This document shows, in pieces, positions 28,448 through 36,671 of a DNA stretch of 64,000 nt. Both the position numbers and the translations under genes were made by a program. Location: contig CAVQFA010000003.1 of NCBI GenBank assembly GCA_963711735.1, positions 146,971 to 210,970 of the forward strand, read 5' to 3'. Position 1 is the first letter of the stretch. Every line of letters begins with the position of its first letter. Below the pieces are notes generated by a model. It saw nothing but the letters and a program-made list of their open reading frames with translations. It searched no databases and was not told the origin of the DNA. The stretch comes from Candidatus Gottesmanbacteria bacterium. Its GTDB lineage: Bacteria; Patescibacteriota; Microgenomatia; UBA10105; UBA927.

Positions 28448-28759
28448 CTACGGCAATGGCGCCGAAAGGAGCGTCATGCCTGTTAATTTTTCCAATATTT
28501 GGACGATCCAGTACGATACGACAATCAGGATAAGACCCAGAACCGCTCCTGTTATCGTTTTTTGTCCCTGTTCGAGCTTTTTGGTATCACCGGCTCCAGC
28601 GCCCATTATAACGCCGAATCCGCCCAACACCAAGAGGAGGAAGGTGAGAACCGCCGCTAACATAAAAGCATTTTTTACGATGATGTTCACGAGATCACCA
28701 AATGATGCAATCGGAGACGGAGCAACGGTGCCAAGATCCAGAGCAAAAACACGGTTCAT
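28448..28759 (-). CDS. VirB2/TrbC-like T4SS pilin paralog 6 (first in operon)
   Basis: 'LLVLGGFGVIMGAGAGDTKKLEQGQKTITGAVLGLILIVVSYWIVQILEKL'. Confidence 0.7.
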   Translation of the reverse strand: MNRVFALDLGTVAPSPIASFGDLVNIIVKNAFMLAAVLTFLLLVLGGFGVIMGAGAGDTKKLEQGQKTITGAVLGLILIVVSYWIVQILEKLTGMTLLSAPLP

Positions 28760-28799
28760 ATCTACTAGTGTACGGAATCGGTAATTGCCTTGTCAATCC

Positions 28800-28848
28800 G
28801 TTTGCGCGGTATTTTTAGTTTGTCAAATAAGAGGTCTCATGCTATAGT
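28800..28848 (+). promoter_or_regulatory. sigma70-type promoter for the ECF sigma gene, in the divergent region shared with the pilin operon
   Basis: 'tTTGTCAaataagaggtctcatgcTATAGTtacaacGTGgaaaac': a -35 TTGTCA, a 17-nt spacer and a -10 TATAGT lead to a GTG start. Confidence 0.45.
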
Positions 28849-28854
28849 TACAAC

Positions 28855-29406
28855 GTGGAAAACAAGGAAGATACAAAAGAGATTGTTGCACGCATACTTG
28901 CCCGGGACAAAAACGCGCTTCTGAAATTTTACCGTACGTATGCGCCGCAAATCCGAAGGCATATCGCACATAAAATTCACGACCCTTCTGACGTAGAAGA
29001 AGTACTGCAGGATACCCTCTATGCATTTTTGGAAAGCATACGCGATTTTACGTATGCCGCAAGCATCCGGACATATGTATTTTCCATATGCCGCCATAAA
29101 ATTGCAGATTACTACCGGAAGCGTGAGATCAAACACGCTGTGTTTTCACGCATACCGCAGCTTGAAGCGCTCATCATGCCTCTCGTGTCGAGTGAAGAAA
29201 AGCTTGATGCAGAACTTATGTCTAAAAATGTAGTACAAACACTCGGTCGTTTAATGCCCGCTTACAAGGACGTGTTGTCGCTTCGGTATATTGACGGCAT
29301 GGCAGTTTCTGATGTAGCACAGAAGCTCGCGCTCACAGTTAAAAGCGCCGAATGCAAGCTGTTTCGTGCCAAAAAAGCATTTGTAAAAGCATTCATTGCA
29401 ACCTAG
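28855..29406 (+). CDS. ECF-type sigma-70 family RNA polymerase sigma factor
   Basis: Region 2-like 'LQDTLYAFLESIRDF...YVFSICRHKIADYYRKR'. Region 4 helix-turn-helix 'LSLRYIDGMAVSDVAQKLALTVKSAECKLFRAKKAF'. Confidence 0.75.
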   Translation: MENKEDTKEIVARILARDKNALLKFYRTYAPQIRRHIAHKIHDPSDVEEVLQDTLYAFLESIRDFTYAASIRTYVFSICRHKIADYYRKREIKHAVFSRIPQLEALIMPLVSSEEKLDAELMSKNVVQTLGRLMPAYKDVLSLRYIDGMAVSDVAQKLALTVKSAECKLFRAKKAFVKAFIAT

Positions 29407-29416
29407 AAAGATTTAT

Positions 29417-29647
29417 ATGTCTGACATAACGTACCGACACTTTGTTAAACGATGGCAGGAGGTAACGGATCTCCCGACACAAACAGTCGGACCGCTCACA
29501 CCCCTCTATAAATTTGTTGCATCCAGGCTCAAAACCATGCCGTGGTTTGCTCTCATTGTTATCAGCGTATGCGGGGTTGGTTTGCTTTATGTGCTTATCG
29601 GATCCACAATTACGCTCCTCACGTCCATTCTCCAGCGAGGGTTTTAA
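29417..29647 (+). CDS. candidate anti-sigma factor (small single-pass membrane protein)
   Basis: Immediately downstream of the ECF sigma gene. Single TM 'WFALIVISVCGVGLLYVLIGSTITLL'. Confidence 0.4.
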   Translation: MSDITYRHFVKRWQEVTDLPTQTVGPLTPLYKFVASRLKTMPWFALIVISVCGVGLLYVLIGSTITLLTSILQRGF

Positions 29648-29653
29648 GTCCCT

Positions 29654-30301
29654 TTGTACGACTATATATATATGGGCACCGGAACCGTTTGCGGAATTAT
29701 TGAAAGCGGGATTGGCTTTGTGAAGCACACTGCCGGACTCGTCACTAAACCGTACGAAACATACAGAAACATCGTTTTAAAAGAAGACATCCGTGAAATT
29801 ATCTATATCGGGTGTGTCGTCGGTTTGTATTTTGCCCTGGCATCTCTTATCAGGACAGCCGCATTCCGTCCGTTTTTACTCACAAAGCAATTTATTGTTC
29901 TTGCGGGAGGAGCGTTTGCGGGATATATGCTGGCCTCAGGTATGCTTTGGGTTTCCGGACGGATTCTGGGGGCACGTACCTCTTTGAAAACAGTAATGAC
30001 AGCATGGGGGTATTCGCTTCTGCCGACTGTCGCGTGGTTTATGATGACGTCTGTACTGTATATTGTTCTGCCGCCCCCGAGGACAACACACATAGCGGGT
30101 ATTGTATTTAGTGCGGTATATTTGACAATTTCTGTATCTATCCTGTTTTGGAAAGTAATATGTGCGTATTTAGCTGTCAGATTCAGCATGAAGTTTGATC
30201 TTGTGAGAATTTGTACGGTATACGCCATAACATTACCGGTTCTTGTGCTCTATAGCTTTGTCATGTACCGTTTAGGCATTTTCCGCATTCCATTTTTATA
30301 A
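29654..30301 (+). CDS. Yip1-like polytopic membrane protein
   Basis: About five TM helices; composition resembles YIP1-domain proteins. Confidence 0.4.
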   Translation: MYDYIYMGTGTVCGIIESGIGFVKHTAGLVTKPYETYRNIVLKEDIREIIYIGCVVGLYFALASLIRTAAFRPFLLTKQFIVLAGGAFAGYMLASGMLWVSGRILGARTSLKTVMTAWGYSLLPTVAWFMMTSVLYIVLPPPRTTHIAGIVFSAVYLTISVSILFWKVICAYLAVRFSMKFDLVRICTVYAITLPVLVLYSFVMYRLGIFRIPFL

Positions 30302-30305
30302 ATAT

Positions 30306-31517
30306 ATGAACACATCAAACAGAACCTTATCTCCGCACGCACAAATGAAGCTGCATATGATGGATTCTGCAAAAGACAGAAGATCGGTAGTTGAGAAAGA
30401 GCGCCGCGTTGTACTTCCTCAAATCGCAGCATTCAGTTTCGATGAGGATGTGGCGGGGAGCCACAACTGCGAAAACCTTATCGGAGGAACACAGATTCCT
30501 CTGGGGATTGCAGGGCCAATTCACATTAAACCCCGTGCGGATTATTTTATCCCTTTGGCAACGACAGAAGGTGCGCTTGTCGCATCAGTTAACCGCGGGT
30601 GTAATGCCATATCTCAAAGCGGTGGCGCATCAGTTTTGGTTGTCCGTGTGGGAGCTACCCGCGGGCCGGTATTTAAAGTGAAATCAATGGCCGAAAATTC
30701 GTCTCTGTATGATTTTATTTATTCAAATGAAGACACTATACGTAAAATTGCGGAATCTACATCACATCATTTAAAGTTATTACACATTGAAACAAACAGC
30801 GTTGGTTTGTACCGGTTTATCCGGTTTGTGTACGATACCAAAGACGCCATGGGGCTTAATATGGTTACTATCGCAACCGACGTGGTTGTTACATATATTG
30901 AAAAGGAAACCGGGGCAGTCTGTGTCAGTCTGTCCGGTAATTACTGTACGGATAAAAAAGCTTCATGGTTAAACGTGGTGAGTGGTAGGGGGTTTGAGGT
31001 ATGGGCGGAGGCGGTTATTCCGTCTGACATAGTACGCACCATACTAAAAACGACACCTCAGGCTGTTTATCAGACATGGCTGTCCAAGTGTATGATCGGA
31101 AGCGCCATGTCAGGGTCACTTGGATTTAACGCGCAGTATGCCAACATTCTGTCTGCACTCTTTATCGCAACCGGTCAGGATCCTGCACACGTGGCAGAGT
31201 GTGCGGTGGGAATTACGACGGCAGAAGTTGTTGGTGGCACATTGTCGGGTGACGATAAACAAAAAGAGAGTTTATATATGAGTATATATCTGCCGGACGT
31301 GATGGTGGGGACTGTCGGCGGAGGAACGGGACTTCCGACACAGAAAGAAGCACTGTCAATTCTGGGTGTGTCCGGAGGAAATGACGGAAAAAATTCGGAA
31401 AAGCTAGCTGAAATAGTCGGTGGCGCAGTGCTCGCAGGTGAAGTGTCATTCTTAGTCTCACTTTCTGAAGGTTCTTTAGCCCGTGCGCACATAAAACTGG
31501 GAAGAGGAGGGAAATGA
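30306..31517 (+). CDS. hydroxymethylglutaryl-CoA reductase
   Basis: 'ENLIGGTQIPLGIAGPIHIK', '...ATTEGALVAS' and 'DAMGLNMV' are HMGR catalytic motifs. The exact start is uncertain because several in-frame Met residues are candidates. Confidence 0.85.
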   Translation: MNTSNRTLSPHAQMKLHMMDSAKDRRSVVEKERRVVLPQIAAFSFDEDVAGSHNCENLIGGTQIPLGIAGPIHIKPRADYFIPLATTEGALVASVNRGCNAISQSGGASVLVVRVGATRGPVFKVKSMAENSSLYDFIYSNEDTIRKIAESTSHHLKLLHIETNSVGLYRFIRFVYDTKDAMGLNMVTIATDVVVTYIEKETGAVCVSLSGNYCTDKKASWLNVVSGRGFEVWAEAVIPSDIVRTILKTTPQAVYQTWLSKCMIGSAMSGSLGFNAQYANILSALFIATGQDPAHVAECAVGITTAEVVGGTLSGDDKQKESLYMSIYLPDVMVGTVGGGTGLPTQKEALSILGVSGGNDGKNSEKLAEIVGGAVLAGEVSFLVSLSEGSLARAHIKLGRGGK

Positions 31518-31580
31518 GTGATGAGTGGTCGGTTGTGAGCATAAACTCACAACCCACAACTTACAACTTACAACTCGATT

Positions 31581-32627
31581 ATGGTAGACATTATTTCATA
31601 CGGGACATATATTCCGAAATACCGGATCCGTACCGCGGATATTGCCGATGTTTGGAAAAAAAACGCGGACGAAATCATACACTCACTGGGAATAAAAGAG
31701 AAAAGTGTTCCGGCTATAGATGAGGATGCGGTGACAATAGCCATAGAGGCGGCTCTTGGGTGTTTCCGTGTGCAGAAAACCGGCAAACCGTCTGATACAG
31801 GAGCGTTGTTTGTCGGTTCTGAAAGTCATCCGTATGCCGTAAATCCCACCTCTACGATCGTAGGGGATTTTTTGGGTATCGGAAACAATTACCTCGCTGC
31901 GGATTTGGAGTTTGCGTGCAAAGCAGGAAGCGCCGGAATGCAGGCACTTGCCGGGCTTATCGCGTCCGGCCAATACGCGTTTGGTTTGGCAATCGGCGCA
32001 GATACCGCACAGGGAAGACCTCATGATGTTTTGGAATACACCTCAGCAGCGGCAGGTGCAGCGTTTCTTCTCGGAAAAACTGATGGTATAGCCCGATTAG
32101 TGGGATATACATCCTATTCCTCCGATACACCGGATTTCTGGCGCCGCGACGGTATCAGGTATCCAAGCCACGCCGGACGGTTTACAGGAGAGCCTGCATA
32201 TTTCACCCATGTGGTCGGTGCAGCAAGGCAATTGTTTGAAAGAGAGCACATTCAACCGGAAAAAGTGGATTACTGCGTGTTTCATATGCCCAACGGAAAG
32301 TTTCCCCGTGATGTAGCAAAGCGGCTCGGATTTACCCCGAAACAGTTAGCACCGTCCCTGACAGTTGATGCAATCGGCAACCCGTATTCTGCGTCATCGC
32401 TTTTGGGACTTGCCGCACTTTTGGATGTTGTCGAACCGAATAAAACGATCTTTATGGTGTCATACGGATCGGGAGCAGGCAGCGACGCGTTTTTATGGAA
32501 AACAACCAACCGGATACGCGATATACAAAGAAACAGAAAACACGAAAGATGTACCGTACATGATCAGACGGAAAACGAGTCGTATATCAACTACACGGAA
32601 TATTTAAAGAAAACAAATAAAATATGA
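31581..32627 (+). CDS. archaeal-type hydroxymethylglutaryl-CoA synthase
   Basis: 'MVDIISYGTYIPKYRIRTADIADVW...AIDEDAVTIAIEAA' and 'YGSGAGSDAF'. ATGA overlap with the thiolase gene downstream. Confidence 0.85.
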   Translation: MVDIISYGTYIPKYRIRTADIADVWKKNADEIIHSLGIKEKSVPAIDEDAVTIAIEAALGCFRVQKTGKPSDTGALFVGSESHPYAVNPTSTIVGDFLGIGNNYLAADLEFACKAGSAGMQALAGLIASGQYAFGLAIGADTAQGRPHDVLEYTSAAAGAAFLLGKTDGIARLVGYTSYSSDTPDFWRRDGIRYPSHAGRFTGEPAYFTHVVGAARQLFEREHIQPEKVDYCVFHMPNGKFPRDVAKRLGFTPKQLAPSLTVDAIGNPYSASSLLGLAALLDVVEPNKTIFMVSYGSGAGSDAFLWKTTNRIRDIQRNRKHERCTVHDQTENESYINYTEYLKKTNKI

Positions 32628-33775
32628 CAATTTCAATCATAGGCGCTGCAACGACAAAATTCGGAGAACTCTGGGACACGTCTCCCCGTACCCTTGCCGG
32701 GCGCGCGGCAATAGGTGCAATAGAAAACGCAGGTATCACGAGGAAAGACATTGACGGGTTGTTTGTTGGTAACATGCTGTCGGGCATTCTCGGCGGCCAG
32801 GAACACCTGGGAGCGTTTTTTTCTGAAGAACTTGGTCTGGGTGTGCCGGCATGTAAAGTAGAGGGAGCATGTGCATCCGGCGGACTTGCGGTTCATGCTG
32901 CGTATATAGCTGTTGCATCCGGTGAGTATGACACGGTACTGGTTCTCGGAATAGAAAAAATGACGGATTATAAACCGGAAGAAGTGGCAACTGCGCTTAT
33001 GGGGGCAGGGAGCGACGATGAAAGGATGGCAGGGGCAACGTTTCCGGGTTTATATGCGATAATGGCCCGCTCGCATATGGACATGTACGGAACCACACCC
33101 GAAGATCTGGCATCGGTTGCCGTTAAAAATCATTTTCATGCAAGTTTCAATCCCAACGCCCAGTTTCACGCGCTTTTAACCGTTGAACAAGTGCTTACGT
33201 CATCATGCGTTGCTGACCCTTTGAGGCTTCTGGATTGCTCTCCCATATCCGACGGTGCATCAGCAATCGTCATTACCTCCAAGGAGGGGAAAATAAGGAG
33301 AAAAGGAGCAATATCTATTGCCGCTTCGGTTGTGGCGACGGATTCGCTCGGACTGTTCGGACGGAAAAGTCTGACAGGGTTGTCTGCAACGGACAAAGCA
33401 GCCAAACATGCGTATGAAAAAGCAGGGATAGGGCCTAAAAACATTGATGTTGCAGAAGTGCATGATTGTTTTACCATCGCGGAAATTTTTGCTATGGAAG
33501 ATTTAGGAATATATAAAAAAGGAGATGCAGCCGGACGTATAAGCAGGGGAGAAACGAAACTTGATGTTTCCAAACATCTCGTCGTAAACCCTTCAGGGGG
33601 GCTTAAAGGTTGCGGACATCCGGTAGGGGCAACGGGAGTTAAACAAATTGCGGAAATTGTCGAACAACTCCGTGGAAATGCAGGGAAACGGCAGGTAAGC
33701 GGAGCGCATATCGGTCTGACACATAATGTCGGAGGAAGCGGAGCGACGGCAGTCGTGCATATATTAAAAAAATAA
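32624..33775 (+). CDS. acetyl-CoA acetyltransferase (archaeal-type thiolase)
   Basis: 'VEGACASGGLAVHAAYIAVASGEYD' carries the active-site Cys; 'NPSGGLKGCGHPVGATGV'. Confidence 0.85.
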   Translation: MTISIIGAATTKFGELWDTSPRTLAGRAAIGAIENAGITRKDIDGLFVGNMLSGILGGQEHLGAFFSEELGLGVPACKVEGACASGGLAVHAAYIAVASGEYDTVLVLGIEKMTDYKPEEVATALMGAGSDDERMAGATFPGLYAIMARSHMDMYGTTPEDLASVAVKNHFHASFNPNAQFHALLTVEQVLTSSCVADPLRLLDCSPISDGASAIVITSKEGKIRRKGAISIAASVVATDSLGLFGRKSLTGLSATDKAAKHAYEKAGIGPKNIDVAEVHDCFTIAEIFAMEDLGIYKKGDAAGRISRGETKLDVSKHLVVNPSGGLKGCGHPVGATGVKQIAEIVEQLRGNAGKRQVSGAHIGLTHNVGGSGATAVVHILKK

Positions 33776-33802
33776 TTGGATTACGTTAAGTAACTTAATT
33801 GT

Positions 33803-34103
33803 ATGATGAGTCCTGTTAAACTTTGGAGAAATCAGAAAAAAACACGGAAACTGGTTGACAAAACCGGCACGGTTATATCCTGGACTATTGTGCGCGTACC
33901 GCCCAGCGGTTTTGTGTCACAGGCTCCCTATGTTGTAGCGGTTCTTGAGCTTAACCGACACAAGCCGCATTATGTGCCAGCTTGCAGACTGCAGTGAAAA
34001 TGATGTGAAAACAGGACAGACATGCAGACTTGTAATCAGGAAAATCGGCGAACAGGGGACAGACGGGATTATACAGTACGGGATAAAAGCGAAGATTATA
34101 TGA
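33803..34103 (+). CDS. DUF35 OB-fold scaffold protein of the thiolase/HMGCS complex, with an apparent +1 frame break near 33966
   Basis: N-terminus 'TGTVISWTIVRVPPSGFVSQAPYVVAVLELNRHKP' in frame 0. The C-terminus 'IMCQLADCSENDVKTGQTCRLVIRKIGEQGTDGIIQYGIKAKII' reads in frame +1 and ends in an ATGA overlap with idi. Confidence 0.5.
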
Positions 34104-34657
34104 ATACGAACAGAAACGTGATAGTTGTAGACAATAACGATACTCAAATCGGAGAACTCGGTATTATAAAAGCCCATACAGGAGGCGGCACGCTTCATCG
34201 GGCTTTATCAGTTCTGTGCTTTCGGGAATCATCAGGGGGTCCTGAGATATTGCTTCAGAAACGGAGCAAGACAAAAACGCTTTGGGGTGGATTCTGGACC
34301 AACACCATTTGTACGCACCCGGCACCACATGAAACAACGGGAAGTGCGGGAGCAAGAAGACTGAAAGAGGAAATGGGGATTGATATTTCCGAAAAAAAAC
34401 TCACCTTTCTTTACTCGTTTGTCTACCGAGCGCAATACACAAAAACACTCAGTGAACACGAGTACGATCATATTTTTGCAGCTAAATGGAATGGGGCATG
34501 TGTGATGAATCCCAAAGAGGCAGATGACGCAAAATGGTCATCTTTGTCACGTCTCAGGAAAGATATGCATGGCAATCCTCATGTATATACTCCATGGTTT
34601 CATTTAATTATGAACGACAAGCGGACAGTACGGTATTTTGACAATATAACGGCATAA
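34100..34657 (+). CDS. idi: isopentenyl-diphosphate delta-isomerase, type 1 (Nudix fold)
   Basis: 'LHRALSVLCFRESSGGPEILLQKRSKTKTLWGGFWTNTICTHP...GSAGARRLKEEMGI'. Confidence 0.8.
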   Translation: MNTNRNVIVVDNNDTQIGELGIIKAHTGGGTLHRALSVLCFRESSGGPEILLQKRSKTKTLWGGFWTNTICTHPAPHETTGSAGARRLKEEMGIDISEKKLTFLYSFVYRAQYTKTLSEHEYDHIFAAKWNGACVMNPKEADDAKWSSLSRLRKDMHGNPHVYTPWFHLIMNDKRTVRYFDNITA

Positions 34658-34660
34658 CAA

Positions 34661-35362
34661 ATGACAACAAACACTAAACCCACGCATATCGCAATTATTA
34701 TGGACGGAAACCGGCGGTGGGCAAAAGCACACAATCTTCCGCCGATTGCCGGACATAAAAAAGTGGCAGATGATATGCTGGAACCTCTCATAGAACACGC
34801 TGCAAAAATAGGAATTAAGTATGTTACTCTCTGGGCATTTTCTACGGAGAACTGGCAGAGGGAACCGGCAGAAGTGCAGGGCATCATGGGGATATTGCGT
34901 AAATCCCTGAAAACATTCGGAGAGAGAATGCATAAAAAAGGAATACGGATACTGACAATAGGAGATCTGTCGCGTTTTGATACGGACATCCAAAAAACTA
35001 TTGCTGATCTGAAAAATCTGACCTGCAATAATAAAAAAATAACGGTTGTTTTTGCGCTCAACTACGGTGGCAGGGACGAAATTATCCGGGCAGCTCAAAA
35101 ATTCAATGACCTGCAATCGGCAACGCGCAACTTACAACTTACCTCTAATACATTTAGTGATTTTCTCGACACTAAAGGAATTCCTGATCCCGAGCTTATT
35201 GTAAGAACCGGCGGTGAGATGAGACTCAGCGGGTTTCTGCTCTGGCAATGCCAGTATAGCGAGTTATATTTTCCTTCCTGGTATATGCCGGAGTTCACAC
35301 CCGTTCGGCTGGATGAGGCAATTCATGAATATGAGCGCCGGACGCGGAGATTCGGGGCTTAA
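34661..35362 (+). CDS. uppS: undecaprenyl (isoprenyl) diphosphate synthase
   Basis: 'HIAIIMDGNRRWAKAHNLPPIAGHKKV...YVTLWAFSTENWQR' and 'RTGGEMRLSGFLLWQ'. Confidence 0.9.
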   Translation: MTTNTKPTHIAIIMDGNRRWAKAHNLPPIAGHKKVADDMLEPLIEHAAKIGIKYVTLWAFSTENWQREPAEVQGIMGILRKSLKTFGERMHKKGIRILTIGDLSRFDTDIQKTIADLKNLTCNNKKITVVFALNYGGRDEIIRAAQKFNDLQSATRNLQLTSNTFSDFLDTKGIPDPELIVRTGGEMRLSGFLLWQCQYSELYFPSWYMPEFTPVRLDEAIHEYERRTRRFGA

Positions 35363-35365
35363 TTC

Positions 35366-35740
35366 TTACGGAGTACCGGGAAACGTTTCCTGTATCGGTG
35401 TAAATCCAAGTATTGTTCCTGCAATCTGGACGATCCAGTATGCTGCGAAAATAAGGAAAAATCCCAAAAGCGCGTTTGTCAGACGCTGTTTGCCCGATTC
35501 CATTTTTTTAGCATCACCCGCAGCGGTAAGGAACGTGAACCCCGCGCTTATGAACATAAGAAGAACCCCGATTCCTGCTGCCGCAAATATATACGGCAGG
35601 GTCATATAAACAATATCACCGATGTGTTTGCCTCCGAATTTAGATGCGAACCCGGACATTTCGTTGGGATAGGGAACATCGGTATGTGTGCCGGGTGTAG
35701 GTCCGGGTAAATGTAATGCCTGTGCGAGCGTGTGATGCAT
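35366..35740 (-). CDS. VirB2/TrbC-like T4SS pilin paralog 7 (distal copy)
   Basis: 'FISAGFTFLTAAGDAKKMESGKQRLTNALLGFFLIFAAYWIVQIAG'. Confidence 0.65.
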   Translation of the reverse strand: MHHTLAQALHLPGPTPGTHTDVPYPNEMSGFASKFGGKHIGDIVYMTLPYIFAAAGIGVLLMFISAGFTFLTAAGDAKKMESGKQRLTNALLGFFLIFAAYWIVQIAGTILGFTPIQETFPGTP

Positions 35741-35744
35741 ATAA

Positions 35745-36592
35745 TTATCCGAATCCCGGTATGCCCAGGATGTCTAAACCAATAAGCCTCAGGATAAACA
35801 GAGAGAAGATAATAAGGATAAGTCCTGTGATAGCTGAGCCCACAAGTTCTTTGCCGGCATTGAGCTGTTCAGGATTACCGGCACTTGTCATAATCTGAAA
35901 CCCGCCAAGTATGATAAGAAGGAACGCAATTCCACCGCCAATCCCTATACCAAAGACGAGAAGCCTTCCGATAAATGCTGCCGGTGTTGTTTCGATACAT
36001 CCGATTGCCGTCCAGGAACCGTGTTTGTTAGTTCAAGCAATCGTAGCATTGCTGCGAGGACTGCCTGAACCAAGTATGACCCCGGGATATAATCGCAGAG
36101 CTGTTGTTACGCTCCCAGGTAAGGCGTACGGAATAATTGGAAGGATCAATGCATGTTTTATTAAAACACGAGCCGGCACTTCCCCCTTCACATACTAATG
36201 GGGATGTACAATCCGAATTATCATCGCAACAGACTATAGGAAGCGTGTCTCCGTCACCAGGATCGGGAACCGGTATAGTTACCTCTAATGTAGGATACGC
36301 TGTTGGGGTAACCTGATTGGCGAGTACACAAGGAAAATATAAATTTCCGACATCACCGATACAGTTCATCGGGCAACTCTCAACAGTCGGTATTTTGGCA
36401 ATCAGCCGGATTTGGTGCATACCCGGAAGCGCAGGTGTTATTGCTTGCTGCAACACAGGATGAACCCGTTGTGAGATAGAGCGTTTCGCAACAGAAAGTG
36501 TTGTCCGGAGGGGCGGCAAACGCATTGTTCACAAAAATAAACCCGGTCAGAAAAATGACGACAATAAATAGAGCAAAACGGATATATTTCAT
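35745..36592 (-). pseudogene. signal peptide + Cys-rich domain + pilin domain in three different frames (pilin paralog 8; fusion gene or pseudogene)
   Basis: Frame 1 reads 'MKYIRFALFIVVIFLTGFIFVNNAFAAPP...CQNTDC'. Frame 0 reads '...CPMNCIGD...CCDDNSDCTSPLVCEGG...QQCYDCLN'. Frame 2 reads '...GIGIGGGIAFLLIILGGFQIMTSAGNPEQLNAGKELVGSAITGLILIIFSLFILRLIG', which carries the pilin motif but has no start codon. Confidence 0.45.
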
Positions 36593-36671
36593 AAGGTATG
36601 TACGTCAAGTTATGTTTCAAGTGTATCAAAGGGATGATGGAAAAGGAAGATCTGGTAGAATAGGAGATACG

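Noticed and set aside
34604-35116. 170-aa minus-strand ORF overlapping uppS
   Set aside because: Antisense to a clearly conserved UppS reading frame. No start context and no motifs.
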